Assembly (NCBI GenBank): GCA_021790195.1
Contig: JAJYIF010000003.1
Coordinates: forward strand, 4,459-68,458
Direction: 5' to 3'
Origin: Nitrospirota bacterium
Lineage (GTDB): Bacteria > Nitrospirota > Thermodesulfovibrionia > Thermodesulfovibrionales > UBA9159
DNA length: 64,000 nucleotides
This document shows positions 29,042-40,998 of the stretch, in pieces; position 1 is the first letter of the stretch; each line of letters opens with the position of its first letter. The notes under the pieces were generated by a model. It did no database searches and was not told the DNA's origin. It saw nothing but the letters and a program-made list of their open reading frames with translations. The position numbers and the translations under genes were made by a program.

Positions 29042-30922
29042 CTACAGAATATGAAAGGCGGTGAAGTGGGCCTTGCAGATCTGGTAGATCCCTTCTTCGT
29101 CGAGGCCGTACTTCTTCCTCAGGATCGCCTGCGAACCATGCTCTACGAACTCGTCGTCTATACCGATCCTTCTCACTGATACGTCGGTGAGACCTGCCCT
29201 GTTAAAGCATTCGAGCACAGCGGAGCCGAAGCCCCCGGCAAGGACGTTCTCTTCCACAGTCACAACGCGTTTCACTCGCTGGGCAACCGAAATCAAGAGG
29301 TCTTCATCCAGGGGCTTAATGAAGCGGGCATTGATCACGCAAGCTGAGATGCCGTCTTTCTTCAGGGCCTCGGCCGCTTTCTGGGCCGGCGACACGGAAT
29401 TCCCGATCGCTATGATCGCCATGTCGTCGCCTTCCGCAACCATTTCCGCCTTGCCGATCCTGAGATCGGACGGGCCCTGATAATCGAGGCCGTGCTTCAC
29501 CCTGCCTCTCGGATACCGTATGGCGCACGGGCCGTCATGATGCAAAGCCAGGCGGAGCATAGCCTTCAGCTCTCCCGCATCCTTCGGCGACATGGAAACC
29601 AGGTTCGGTATATGTCTCAGGTATGAGATATCGAACAGGCCCTGATGGGTAGGGCCGTCTTCGCCCACGATCCCGGCGCGGTCGACGGCAAAGATCACGG
29701 GCAGATTCTGCAGGCAGACGTCGTGAACGATCTCGTCATACGCCCTCTGGAGAAAAGTCGAATATATTGCGACGACCGGTCTGATCCCCTGGCTGGCGAG
29801 TCCGGCAGCAAATGTCACGGCATGGGATTCCGCTATTCCCACGTCATAAAACCTTTCCGGGTATTTCTCGGTGAAAATGTCGAGACCCGTGCCCTCCCTC
29901 ATCGCAGCCGAAACAGCCACCACCCTGATGTCCTTCCTGGCAAGCTCCGTCAGCGAGCGCCCGAAAACCTCGCTGTAGGTCGGAACAGATGTATCAGCCG
30001 TAATGGTCCCGGTGTCCATATCAAAAGGGCCGATGCCATGAAATACACAGGGGTCCTTCTCGGAGAATTTGTAGCCTCTGCCCTTCTTTGTGATCACATG
30101 CAGCAGAACGGGCTCTTTAACGCCCTTTACCCTGGCGAGGGTCTCGATGAGCAGATCTATGTTATGGCCGTCTATGGGACCTACGTAGTTGTACCCGAGT
30201 TCGCTAAACAGCATGCCGGGAGTAAGAAAACCTTTCAATGTGTCCTCGGCGCGCTGAGCCATCTTGGAGACAGACCCGCCGACACCTGGTATGAGCTCTA
30301 TAAAGGATTTTGTCTCCTTCTTGAATCTTTGGTATATGTCTCCGGTGAGTATCCTGCTGAGATAAGCGGAGAGGGCGCCCACGTTCTTGGAAATGGACAT
30401 CTCGTTGTCATTCAGTATGACGATGATATCTTTCTTGAGCTGTCCTGCATGATTAAGACCCTCGAAGGCCAGACCGGCCGTCATCGCTCCATCGCCGATC
30501 ACGGGTATTACCTTGAAAGTCTCGCCCTTCCTGTCCCGCGCCTCGATAATCCCGACAGCCGAGGATATGGACGTCGAACTATGCCCTGTGCCGAAGGCGT
30601 CGTAGGGGCTCTCGTCTATCCTGGGAAAGCCGGAAAGGCCCTTGTGCTTCCTAAGCGTCGAAAATCTTTCATATCTTCCGGTCAGGAGCTTGTGCGAATA
30701 AGACTGATGACCCACGTCCCATATTATCTTGTCTTCCGGGGCGTCAAAGACGTAATGCAGGGCTATGGTAAGCTCCACAACTCCAAGATTCGAGGCGAGA
30801 TGTCCGCCGTCGGACGAGACCTGCTCTATGATTATCTCACGAAGCTCCTCGGCCAGCGACGAAAGCTTGTCTTTTGAAAGTTTCTTTAGGTCATCCGGAG
30901 AAGAAATGTCTTTTATCAGCAT
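29042..30922 (-). CDS. dxs: 1-deoxy-D-xylulose-5-phosphate synthase
   Basis: Motifs GGHLASNLG, WDVGHQ, GDGAMTAG, DNEMSI, DGPTHQG. Confidence 0.96.
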   Translation of the reverse strand: MLIKDISSPDDLKKLSKDKLSSLAEELREIIIEQVSSDGGHLASNLGVVELTIALHYVFDAPEDKIIWDVGHQSYSHKLLTGRYERFSTLRKHKGLSGFPRIDESPYDAFGTGHSSTSISSAVGIIEARDRKGETFKVIPVIGDGAMTAGLAFEGLNHAGQLKKDIIVILNDNEMSISKNVGALSAYLSRILTGDIYQRFKKETKSFIELIPGVGGSVSKMAQRAEDTLKGFLTPGMLFSELGYNYVGPIDGHNIDLLIETLARVKGVKEPVLLHVITKKGRGYKFSEKDPCVFHGIGPFDMDTGTITADTSVPTYSEVFGRSLTELARKDIRVVAVSAAMREGTGLDIFTEKYPERFYDVGIAESHAVTFAAGLASQGIRPVVAIYSTFLQRAYDEIVHDVCLQNLPVIFAVDRAGIVGEDGPTHQGLFDISYLRHIPNLVSMSPKDAGELKAMLRLALHHDGPCAIRYPRGRVKHGLDYQGPSDLRIGKAEMVAEGDDMAIIAIGNSVSPAQKAAEALKKDGISACVINARFIKPLDEDLLISVAQRVKRVVTVEENVLAGGFGSAVLECFNRAGLTDVSVRRIGIDDEFVEHGSQAILRKKYGLDEEGIYQICKAHFTAFHIL

Positions 30923-30960
30923 CGTCCTCACCTGTAAGATTTGATTTTACCGACCGCCGG

Positions 30961-31854
30961 TCAGTTCCTTCTTCTGAGAATGTAGAGCGCTATCTGTTTC
31001 AAGGGGTCCGCCTTTTCAGAAAAGTCCTCAAGTGCTCCGATGCCTTCATGGACGAGTCCCTCGGCCTTTCTTGCCGCAGGCCCTATCCCGTAAACCGCCG
31101 GAAAGGTCAGTTTCTTCTTCCTCTCGTCCGAACCTGTGGACTTGCCGAGTTCTGAAGTGTTTCCACTCACATCGAGTATATCATCAATGATCTGAAAGGC
31201 AAGGCCTATGTTTTCGCCGTAGCGGGTCAGGGCGCGGAATTCTTTCCTTCCCGCATTTGCAAGTATGCCGCCCATCCTGACAGAAGCCGTGATAAGGGCG
31301 CCGGTCTTGTGGGCGTGAATAAAGGCAAGATCCTCGCCGTTGGCGGTCTTGTTCTCGCAGAGTATGTCTTCTGCCTGCCCTCCGACCATGCCGTAAGCCC
31401 CGGCGGCCATGGCCACGTCACGAATCAGTCTAATGAGCGCGGGTCTTCCGACGCTGACCCGAGCAAGGGACTGAAGGGACAGGAGATAGAAAGCCTCCGT
31501 CAAAAGCGCGTCGCCTGCGAGGACCGCCATCCCTTCTCCGAAAACTTTGTGGCTGGTGGGTTTGCCCCGGCGGAGGTCGTCGTTGTCCATGGCGGGCAGG
31601 TCGTCGTGAATCAGGGAATATGTGTGGATAAGCTCAAGGGCGGAGGCAAAGGGGACAATGTCCTCTGCCGTTCCTCCGCATGCCTCATAGGAGGCGAGGG
31701 CGAGTATCGGCCTGACACGCTTCCCCCCTGCGAGTATCGAATAAGACATGGCGCTTTTCAGAACCGAAGGCGAAGCAAGCGAATCGAAATACGGCGTCAG
31801 AAAAGTATCGACCAGCTCTCTTTTATCTTTGAGATACTTCTTTATGTCCATCAT
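30961..31854 (-). CDS. ispA: Polyprenyl (farnesyl/geranylgeranyl) diphosphate synthase
   Basis: Motifs GGKRVRP, HDDLPAMDNDDLRRG, FQIIDDILD. Confidence 0.92.
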   Translation of the reverse strand: MMDIKKYLKDKRELVDTFLTPYFDSLASPSVLKSAMSYSILAGGKRVRPILALASYEACGGTAEDIVPFASALELIHTYSLIHDDLPAMDNDDLRRGKPTSHKVFGEGMAVLAGDALLTEAFYLLSLQSLARVSVGRPALIRLIRDVAMAAGAYGMVGGQAEDILCENKTANGEDLAFIHAHKTGALITASVRMGGILANAGRKEFRALTRYGENIGLAFQIIDDILDVSGNTSELGKSTGSDERKKKLTFPAVYGIGPAARKAEGLVHEGIGALEDFSEKADPLKQIALYILRRRN

Positions 31855-31867
31855 TTCCCATGCCGGC

Positions 31868-33412
31868 TCACTCCCATTCGATAGTGCCGGGCGGCTTGGA
31901 CGTGATGTCGTACACGACCCTGTTGACCCCTTTTACCTCATTTATGATCCTGCTGGAGATCCTTCCTAGGGTATCGCCGGGTATCCTTGCCCAATCTGCC
32001 GTCATTCCGTCGAGGCTGGTGACCGCGCGCACCGCAATTACGTGCTCATACGTTCTCTCGTCTCCCATGACGCCGACGCTCTTTATAGGCAGGAGCACTG
32101 CAAAGGCCTGCCAAACTAGTCCGTAAAGTCCGGACCTCTTCACTTCTTCGAGAATAATGGCGTCCGCCTTGCGGAGAATCTCGAGTCGTACTCTTGTCAC
32201 ATCGCCGATGCACCTGATGGCAAGACCCGGGCCGGGAAAGGGATGACGGTATATTATCTCATCAGGCATTCCAAGCTCTTTTCCGAGCAGGCGGACTTCA
32301 TCCTTGAAAAGCTCTCTCAGGGGCTCGACAAGCTTCAGCTTCATCTTTTTCAGGAGTCCGCCGACGTTATGATGGCTCTTGATCGTGGCCGAGGGACCCT
32401 TGAAAGACGTGCTCTCTATAACGTCGGGATAAAGCGTTCCCTGCGCCAAAAAGGCGACCTGTTTGATCTTCGCAGCCTCTTCTTCAAATACCCTGATGAA
32501 TTCATTCCCAATAATCTTTCTCTTCCTCTCCGGGTCGGTCACGCCTTTCAGCCTGGCGAGGAACCTCGAAGACGCATCGATGCAGCGTATCTTCATATGA
32601 AAACAGCTGCGCAGGGTATCTTCCACCTTAGCGGCCTCTCCAGCCCTCAGCAAGCCGTTGTCGACAAAGATGCAGGTGAGGGCGTCGCCCACCGCCTCGT
32701 GGACGAGGACTGCGGTGACCGCGGAATCCACCCCCCCGCTTATGCCGCAGACCACGCGTCTGTCTCCGACCATCTCTCGAATGCTCTTTTTCGCGGAATC
32801 GATAAAAGACTTCATCGTCCACGTGGGCCGGCAGCCGCAGATCCCGAGGACGAAATTTCTGATCATCTTCATGCCGTTATCGGTGTGGGCGACTTCGGGA
32901 TGAAATTGAATTGCGTAGAACAACCTTTTCTTATCCGCCATGGCGCCAATGGGAGAGTTGTCCGTATGGGCCATTCTCTCAAAGCCTTTAGGGGCCTTCT
33001 CAATCCTGTCCCCGTGGCTCATCCAGACGACATTCCTCCGGGCGAGACCTCGGAAGAGATCAGAGGCGTCGTCTATGTTGAGCTCCGCCCTGCCGTATTC
33101 TCTCTTGGCGGCCTTACCTACCTTTCCTCCCGGAAGCATATGGGCCATGAGCTGCATCCCGTAACAGATGCCGAGGACGGGCACCCCGAGATCGAATATG
33201 ACCGGATCGGGGATAGGCGCATCAGGGTCGTAAACACTCGATGGTCCGCCGGAAAGCACTATGCCCCGGGGCCCGAAGGCGCGTATCTTTTCTATGGGGA
33301 CGTTATAGGGTAAGATCTCCGAGTATACCTTGTTCTCCCTTATCCGCCTGGCGATAAGCTGGGTATACTGGGAACCGAAATCCAGGACGAGAATCTTATC
33401 GTTGATGAGCAT
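31868..33412 (-). CDS. guaA: GMP synthase (glutamine-hydrolysing)
   Basis: Motifs [37 protein letters not shown]. Confidence 0.97.
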   Translation of the reverse strand: MLINDKILVLDFGSQYTQLIARRIRENKVYSEILPYNVPIEKIRAFGPRGIVLSGGPSSVYDPDAPIPDPVIFDLGVPVLGICYGMQLMAHMLPGGKVGKAAKREYGRAELNIDDASDLFRGLARRNVVWMSHGDRIEKAPKGFERMAHTDNSPIGAMADKKRLFYAIQFHPEVAHTDNGMKMIRNFVLGICGCRPTWTMKSFIDSAKKSIREMVGDRRVVCGISGGVDSAVTAVLVHEAVGDALTCIFVDNGLLRAGEAAKVEDTLRSCFHMKIRCIDASSRFLARLKGVTDPERKRKIIGNEFIRVFEEEAAKIKQVAFLAQGTLYPDVIESTSFKGPSATIKSHHNVGGLLKKMKLKLVEPLRELFKDEVRLLGKELGMPDEIIYRHPFPGPGLAIRCIGDVTRVRLEILRKADAIILEEVKRSGLYGLVWQAFAVLLPIKSVGVMGDERTYEHVIAVRAVTSLDGMTADWARIPGDTLGRISSRIINEVKGVNRVVYDITSKPPGTIEWE

Positions 33413-33501
33413 GGCGGGAATTCAGAAAGCAGAACCCCGGATCACGAAAGGCGCAGAAGGTTTTTTACGTCTTCTTCGGAATTCTGAATTAGCCGGCCTT
33501 A

Positions 33502-34971
<1,470 letters not shown>

Positions 34972-35163
34972 TCAATCCGGGCGATTTGAGCATTTTACCA
35001 TTATTATCGGGTCTAACGCAATTGAATTTCGGTTCTTGCTGAAATCAGACTTGACTTTGACCTTCCAGTATGCAAAATATCTATATTTCCGTCAGGACTG
35101 AGAAAAGGGAGGCGTCCGGCTGCTGCCTGAGTTCCGCGGGCGGAATGCCGCCCGATCGAAATT

Positions 35164-36195
35164 ATGGAAGAAATGACATACAGGAGGGCCGGCGTCGACA
35201 TTGAGGAAGGCGACCGGTTCGTAAGGATCATTTCGCCTCTTGTCAGGAAGACCTTCAGAAAAGAGGTGCTGACCGATATAGGTTCCTTCGGTGCGCTATT
35301 CAAGTTGGACGTTGTCAGATACAAAGAACCGGTCCTTGTCAGCGGAACGGACGGAGTGGGCACGAAGCTGAAAGTGGCCTTTATGATGGACAGGCATGAC
35401 ACCGTGGGCATCGACCTTGTGGCCATGTGCGTGAACGATATCCTCACGAGCGGGGCCGAGCCGCTTTTCTTTCTCGACTATTTCGCCACGGGCGAACTCA
35501 GACCCGAAAAGGCCGCAAGTGTAATCGAAGGGATTGTCGCCGGGTGTAAAGAGGCGGGTTGCGCCCTTATAGGCGGTGAGACGGCGGAGATGCCGGGCTT
35601 CTATGAGAAAGGGGAATACGATCTCTCCGGCTTTGCAGTCGGCGCTGTCGAGAGGTCTGATATTATCGACGGCTCCGGTATAAATGCGGGTGATTGTCTT
35701 ATCGGTCTTTCGTCCAGCGGTCTTCACAGCAACGGCTTTTCTCTCGTTCGCAAGGTATTCTTTGAGCAGGAGGGAATGGACCCGCAAGCCCATGTTGCCG
35801 AACTTGGAACAACATTGGGAGATGAACTTCTGAAGCCCACGCGTATTTATGTGAAGGCCTTCGCGGCTCTCAAAGGGAAGGTCCCGGTCAAGGGCATGGC
35901 CCACATAACGGGCGGAGGCCTTACCGGCAATCTTCCGAGGATTTTTCCGGAGGGCATCGGCGCCGTCGTGCAAAAAGGGTCGTGGCCTGCTCAGCCCGTA
36001 TTCGGACTTATCGCGCGGAAAGGCCGTGTTCCCGAGGAAGACATGAGACGCACCTTCAATCTGGGCATCGGCTATGTCGTCGTTGTTCCCGAAGAGTCGT
36101 CGTCAAATACAATAACTCTTCTCAAGGACGCTGGTTACGATTCCTTTGAGATCGGGAGAACCGAAAAAGGAAGGAAGGAGATAAGGTATGAGTAG
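35164..36195 (+). CDS. purM: Phosphoribosylformylglycinamidine cyclo-ligase
   Basis: Motifs Y..AGVDI, DGVGTK, GGETAEMPG, GLHSNG, HITGGG. Confidence 0.96.
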   Translation: MEEMTYRRAGVDIEEGDRFVRIISPLVRKTFRKEVLTDIGSFGALFKLDVVRYKEPVLVSGTDGVGTKLKVAFMMDRHDTVGIDLVAMCVNDILTSGAEPLFFLDYFATGELRPEKAASVIEGIVAGCKEAGCALIGGETAEMPGFYEKGEYDLSGFAVGAVERSDIIDGSGINAGDCLIGLSSSGLHSNGFSLVRKVFFEQEGMDPQAHVAELGTTLGDELLKPTRIYVKAFAALKGKVPVKGMAHITGGGLTGNLPRIFPEGIGAVVQKGSWPAQPVFGLIARKGRVPEEDMRRTFNLGIGYVVVVPEESSSNTITLLKDAGYDSFEIGRTEKGRKEIRYE

Positions 36196-37024
36196 ATTCA
36201 GGCATCTCCTGCGCAGGGCCTTTACTCCCATAACGATAATGCTCATACCCCATAGCAATACCAGACACCTGAGTTTCAAGATGCCTTCCATCGGGATCAT
36301 CCTTTCGGTCGCTATCTGGCTCGTGGGCTCGGCGTACATAGTGTCGATAGCCGTCAATACCTTTGAATACCGCAGGATGAAAGAGAAACTCAATTATTAT
36401 TCGAGTCAGTTTGCGGAACTAAACGTCACGATAGACGGGCTGAGGACCGCCGAGACCGAGTTTAGAAAGCTCTTTTCTCTCGGGTCAAAGGAAAAAGTGC
36501 TCGAAAACGTCCCTGTGTTTGACAGCGGCTCTATCGACATGAAGACCTTGAAAGACCAGATAAAGAAGTCCATGGAGAGCGTCAAAGGCATAAAGGAATA
36601 CCTGAAGGAGCAGAAAGACATCTTCGTTGCAACGCCAAGAGGGTGGCCGGTAAGGGGACCGATTACATCCGGATACGGAGAAAGGGAGAACCCCGTGCAC
36701 GGAGGACCTGATTTTCATTCGGGTGTTGACATCTCGGTGGAGCCGGGCACTCCTGTCAAGGCCACTGCGGACGGTGTCGTGAGCTTTGCCGGATGGAGCG
36801 GAGGCAGCGGCAATCTTGTGGCCATAGAACACGGCTTTGGATATACGACCTTTTATGCCCATAACAGCAGGGTCGCCGTCTCGGTGGGCCAGCATGTCAA
36901 GAGGGGCGAAATCATTGCCTATTCGGGGTCTACCGGCAGCAGCACGGGGCCCCACTCGCACTATGAAATCTGGAAAGAAGGTAAGCATGTCAATCCGATG
37001 CCTTATCTTCAAGGGAGGTCATAA
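36188..37024 (+). CDS. M23 family metallopeptidase with TM and coiled coil
   Basis: Motifs HSGVD, YAH, STGPHSHYE; adjacent to bactofilin. Confidence 0.9.
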   Translation: MSRFRHLLRRAFTPITIMLIPHSNTRHLSFKMPSIGIILSVAIWLVGSAYIVSIAVNTFEYRRMKEKLNYYSSQFAELNVTIDGLRTAETEFRKLFSLGSKEKVLENVPVFDSGSIDMKTLKDQIKKSMESVKGIKEYLKEQKDIFVATPRGWPVRGPITSGYGERENPVHGGPDFHSGVDISVEPGTPVKATADGVVSFAGWSGGSGNLVAIEHGFGYTTFYAHNSRVAVSVGQHVKRGEIIAYSGSTGSSTGPHSHYEIWKEGKHVNPMPYLQGRS

Positions 37025-37026
37025 CC

Positions 37027-37407
37027 ATGTTTTCGAAGAATACTGAAAAGCTTGAATCTTTTGTCGGTGTCAGCAGTCATTTCAAGGGAGACATTAAATC
37101 AAAGGGGACCCTGAGGATCGACGGGACGGTCGAGGGAGACATAGAGGCCGATTGGCTTGTCATGGGGGAAAAGGCGACTCTCAAAGGGAACGTGGCCGCC
37201 AGAGGGGTGATACTGGGAGGAAAGACGGAAGGCAATATCGCAGCCCGCGAGATACTCGAGATAAGATCGAAAGGCCGGGTCCTGGGGGATATTACCACCC
37301 CCAAGCTTGTCGTCTCTGAAGGCGGCATATTGGAAGGGCGTTCTTTCATGCAAAAAAGTGAATCTTCCAATGTGGTCGAGCTCCCTATGAAGGAAAGGGC
37401 TAACTAG
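37027..37407 (+). CDS. Bactofilin (polymer-forming cytoskeletal protein)
   Basis: Beta-helix repeats G.LRIDG.VEG.I. Confidence 0.88.
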   Translation: MFSKNTEKLESFVGVSSHFKGDIKSKGTLRIDGTVEGDIEADWLVMGEKATLKGNVAARGVILGGKTEGNIAAREILEIRSKGRVLGDITTPKLVVSEGGILEGRSFMQKSESSNVVELPMKERAN

Positions 37408-37722
37408 AAAAGAGCCGTCTCTTGCCTTCGTGCGGCATGACTTTATAGGTCAGCGTTGTCTTCGACAATCTCACCGTTTACAGGATGGCTGCGCCGGCAC
37501 TGACAGGAGAATCTCTTCTTCCAGCTTTACACTTCTGCGCTCTCTCCGCTTAGCCTACGTTCTGACAGGCGAAAAGATACAAGCGATTTTGCGATCCGGA
37601 AGAAAGGCAATACCCGCAGCGGATATATTCTTCAGCTTCCCGATAGCCATACTCAAGACTCAAACTTCTGAAACCTCAGTTCAAGTCTTGCCACGTGTAT
37701 ATGATTGATGGTATTTTTATGT

Positions 37723-39012
37723 ATGAATAAGAAGAAGTTTTCGATAGTGACATTTGGCTGCCAGATGAATGTGCACGATTCCGAAAAAATGGCCGGTGTT
37801 CTGCAGGAGCAAGGCTACAGCTTCTCTTGTGACCCAAAGGATTCCGACCTCATTATTTTCAATACCTGCAGCATTAGAGAGAAGGCTGAACAGAAATTCT
37901 TCAGCGAACTCGGAAGGATCAAGACCCTCAAAAAGAAGCGCCCCGGTCTGAAGATCGCCGTTGCAGGTTGTATCGCCCAGCAAGGGAGCGATGAGATATT
38001 GCGCAGAGCGCCTTATGTGGATTTCGTCTTTGGTCCTCAGAACATCGCACTGCTCGGCGATCTTGTTAAGGGCTCAAGGACAATAGCGACTGAGGACAAT
38101 CCTGAAATCGCCGAGATCGATCTTCCCGTCCGGAGGACAGGCACGGGCAGGGCCTGGGTGACAATTATGTACGGCTGCAATAATTTCTGCAGCTATTGCA
38201 TAGTCCCTTATACGAGGGGACGTGAAAGGAGCAGGCCGTCCTCGAATATCTTGAGAGAGGTGAGGGGGCTTGCCGAAGAGGGTTTCAGGGAAGTGACTCT
38301 TCTTGGCCAGAACGTAAATTCTTACAGGAGCGACCTCGATTTCGCTGAGCTCTTACGGGCTGTAAATTTGATAAAGGGTATCGAAAGGGTGAGGTTCGTT
38401 ACGTCCCATCCCAGGGATCTTTCGGACGAACTGATAGAGGCGATCCGGGACTCGGAAAAGGTATGCGAGCAGATCCATTTGCCCTTGCAGTCGGGGTCTG
38501 ACAGGATCCTGGGTCTCATGAATAGGAGATATTCATACGACGATTACCGTAGAAAGATAGACAGTCTGAGGAACAATATTGGGGGCATTTCCATAACAAC
38601 GGACATAATTTCCGGCTTTCCCGGAGAGATGTCCGAGGACCATGACCTGACGATAAGTGCCCTGCGCGAAATCTGTTTTGACGGAATCTTTGCGTTCAAG
38701 TTTTCCCCCAGACGCGGAACGAGAGCGGCCCTGATGGAAAATGGGCTGAGTGATGATGTAGGCAGCCGGAGGCTTTCCGAGGTTCTTGCTGTTCAGGAGG
38801 CGATTACCGAGAGGATTAACAAAGGTCTCGAGTCCTCTATCATGGAGATATTGGTGGAGGGTGTCAGTGAAACCGATCGCGAGATGCTGTCCGGGCGGAC
38901 ACGGACAAACAAGATCGTAAACTTCAAGGCCGAAGGCCTCTCGATTGGAGATCTCATTACCGTGAGGATCTTAAAGTCCGGCAAGCACTCTCTTATCGGA
39001 GAGGTGGTATGA
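37723..39012 (+). CDS. miaB: tRNA-2-methylthio-N6-dimethylallyladenosine synthase
   Basis: Motifs TFGCQMNVHDSE, NTCSIREKAEQK, GCNNFCSYC; TRAM domain. Confidence 0.95.
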   Translation: MNKKKFSIVTFGCQMNVHDSEKMAGVLQEQGYSFSCDPKDSDLIIFNTCSIREKAEQKFFSELGRIKTLKKKRPGLKIAVAGCIAQQGSDEILRRAPYVDFVFGPQNIALLGDLVKGSRTIATEDNPEIAEIDLPVRRTGTGRAWVTIMYGCNNFCSYCIVPYTRGRERSRPSSNILREVRGLAEEGFREVTLLGQNVNSYRSDLDFAELLRAVNLIKGIERVRFVTSHPRDLSDELIEAIRDSEKVCEQIHLPLQSGSDRILGLMNRRYSYDDYRRKIDSLRNNIGGISITTDIISGFPGEMSEDHDLTISALREICFDGIFAFKFSPRRGTRAALMENGLSDDVGSRRLSEVLAVQEAITERINKGLESSIMEILVEGVSETDREMLSGRTRTNKIVNFKAEGLSIGDLITVRILKSGKHSLIGEVV

Positions 39013-40241
39013 AGGTATCACTCCTTAGTCTCGGCTGCAAGGTAAATCAGGCTGAGTGCTCCCGGATGGAGGCGGCCTTCCGGGAGAGGGGATGGAGTAT
39101 AGTGGGTCTCGATGAGGGTCCGGATATTTCTATAGTAAATACGTGTACTGTTACATCAAAGAGCGATTACCAGTCCAGACAACTCATAAGAAGAGCGTCG
39201 GGCTGCGGCTCAAAAGTGGTTGTGACCGGTTGCTATTCTGAGCTCAATAGCGACTTCGTCAGATCGATGACGGGAGTCGAGATGGTGGTAAGTAATGTCA
39301 ATAAAGATAGTATTGTCAATATGATAGCGGGGACATCTTCAAGGACTTTCTTAGACTTTAGCACTCTGAAGAGGAGCAGGTTTCACCTTAAGGTCCAGGA
39401 CGGCTGCAATAATTCGTGCAGTTACTGTGCAATACCATCGGCAAGGGGACGTTCAAGAAGCATTGAAATCGAGAAAATCATTCAGCACGTGAGATTGGCC
39501 TCTGTGTCTTACAATGAGATCGTGCTCACTGGTATTCATTTAGGAACATATGGTTATGATCTGGTTGCTAAAGTAAAACTTTCTGATCTGCTCGGGGAAA
39601 TTCTCAAGAGAACCGATATAGGAAGAATCAGGCTCAGTTCACTTGAGATAGGCGAAATCGACGATCAACTATTGGAGATTATGCAGGATCCGAGGATATG
39701 TAATCACCTTCACATACCCCTTCAGAGCGGCGACAACAGGATATTGAGAGATATGAATAGAAATTACGATGCTGAGAAATTCTCTTCCGGAGTCCTTCAT
39801 ATTCATAGTAAGGTTCCGAATGTGGCCATGGGCACGGATGTGATAGTCGGGTTCCCGGGTGAGAGTGAGGTGGAATTTCAGAATACCCTTGATCTGATCG
39901 AAGCGCTGCCCATATCCTATCTGCACGTCTTTCCTTTCTCGCCTCGGCCCAACACAAAGGCCTTCGGAATGTCACAGCAGGTCCCTTCGCAGGGCAAGAG
40001 GGATCGTGCGTCGCTGCTTAGGGCGCTGTCCAAGCGCAAGAAGGACGCCTATATGCAGGGTCAGATCGGCCAAAGCCTTGAGATGCTTGTTGAGGAGCGC
40101 GGGCACAGCAATGAGGTGACCGGCAGAACTGCGAATTATCTGAGGGTGCGGGCCTTTCATGAGTCAGCGATGCCCAGGAGCCTTGTCAGCGTAAGGATTA
40201 CAGAAGTCATGGATGATATCCTACTCGCACATGCGATATAA
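39009..40241 (+). CDS. mtaB: tRNA t6A methylthiotransferase
   Basis: Motifs LGCKVNQAE, VNTCTVT, KVQDGCNNSCSYC. Confidence 0.92.
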   Translation: MKVSLLSLGCKVNQAECSRMEAAFRERGWSIVGLDEGPDISIVNTCTVTSKSDYQSRQLIRRASGCGSKVVVTGCYSELNSDFVRSMTGVEMVVSNVNKDSIVNMIAGTSSRTFLDFSTLKRSRFHLKVQDGCNNSCSYCAIPSARGRSRSIEIEKIIQHVRLASVSYNEIVLTGIHLGTYGYDLVAKVKLSDLLGEILKRTDIGRIRLSSLEIGEIDDQLLEIMQDPRICNHLHIPLQSGDNRILRDMNRNYDAEKFSSGVLHIHSKVPNVAMGTDVIVGFPGESEVEFQNTLDLIEALPISYLHVFPFSPRPNTKAFGMSQQVPSQGKRDRASLLRALSKRKKDAYMQGQIGQSLEMLVEERGHSNEVTGRTANYLRVRAFHESAMPRSLVSVRITEVMDDILLAHAI

Positions 40242-40382
40242 GACGGCTATCTCATCGTATTAAAAGATTTTCCCATATGCCTAAATGCTGGTCAAGGACG
40301 CTGGAGCGCTTGAACACGTAAGGCTCAAGTCGAGTGCAAACATGATTAGTAACATTTTACTAACAATCCGTGTTTATATGTT

Positions 40383-40410
40383 ATGTCTGATAAGATATAT
40401 TATGTAAAGT
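40383..40410 (+). other. Probable chromosomal dif site (XerC/XerD dimer resolution site)
   Basis: ATGTCTGATAA-GATATA-TTATGTAAAGT has the 11-6-11 layout. The XerD arm differs by one base from B. subtilis TTATGTAAACT. It is intergenic and KOPS-like octamers switch strand around it. Confidence 0.8.
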
Positions 40411-40998
40411 AACATCTGAAGTCATGACGTGATAAGCTATCTGGTTCCTGGGAAGCGGTTGTTCGCAAGGTGGCTAAACAATGCGGTTTCAAACAGATTA
40501 CGACTTCAGACTTCCAACTTCTTAAAGATGGCTCTTTCGTTCTAGCTGCACCGGTCCTACCCTTCGTCAGTGTCTTGAGGCATTTGCGGACCGTTATCAA
40601 GGGTCTTCCAAATGGGTTAATGGGTGCCCTCTCATTCTTTTCGAAGGTGAAGGTCTTCCTTGATGTTTTAATAGCTGCAGGTCAACCGGCTGCAAAAGCT
40701 GAAGTCCCACCTTTACTTTTCCGGCCAAAGTTTTTAGACTAATCGTGATTCATAGCTCCATTTATGGAACTGGCGCTTGGGAGTGGAATATTAGTCACGT
40801 ACTGATTAATATTACAGGTTTCATATTGATCACGGGGTGAATGCCTTGAAATCAGGCCTTTGCAGCAAATCACGATCATTAATGGAGAGGAATGAGTCGG
40901 CATTCTCGGTGTTAGCGGATTAAGGGGTTAATAACTGGTTATCGGACGATATAGGGGCAAGTGACATCAAGACGTAGCATGAAAGAGGGCAGCAAATA

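Noticed and set aside
29645-30877. Long antisense ORFs (e.g. 29645-30877, 32243-33313, 61137-62033)
   Set aside because: They are shadows of well-supported opposite-strand genes in GC-rich DNA and carry no family motifs.
35085-35163. Possible purine/ZTP riboswitch upstream of purM
   Set aside because: Only a short GC hairpin (GGGCGG-aatg-CCGCCC) is present; the conserved riboswitch motifs are not seen.
37408-37720. Possible ncRNA or small ORF between bactofilin and miaB
   Set aside because: No recognisable RNA family motif or convincing ORF/RBS.
40400-40680. Minus-strand frame ending ...GRPLITVRKCLKTL...SRHDFRCYFT* at dif, reminiscent of a tyrosine recombinase HxLR box
   Set aside because: Spacing is wrong, there is no catalytic H/Y region and upstream stops are present; too weak to call an integrase remnant without an HMM search.
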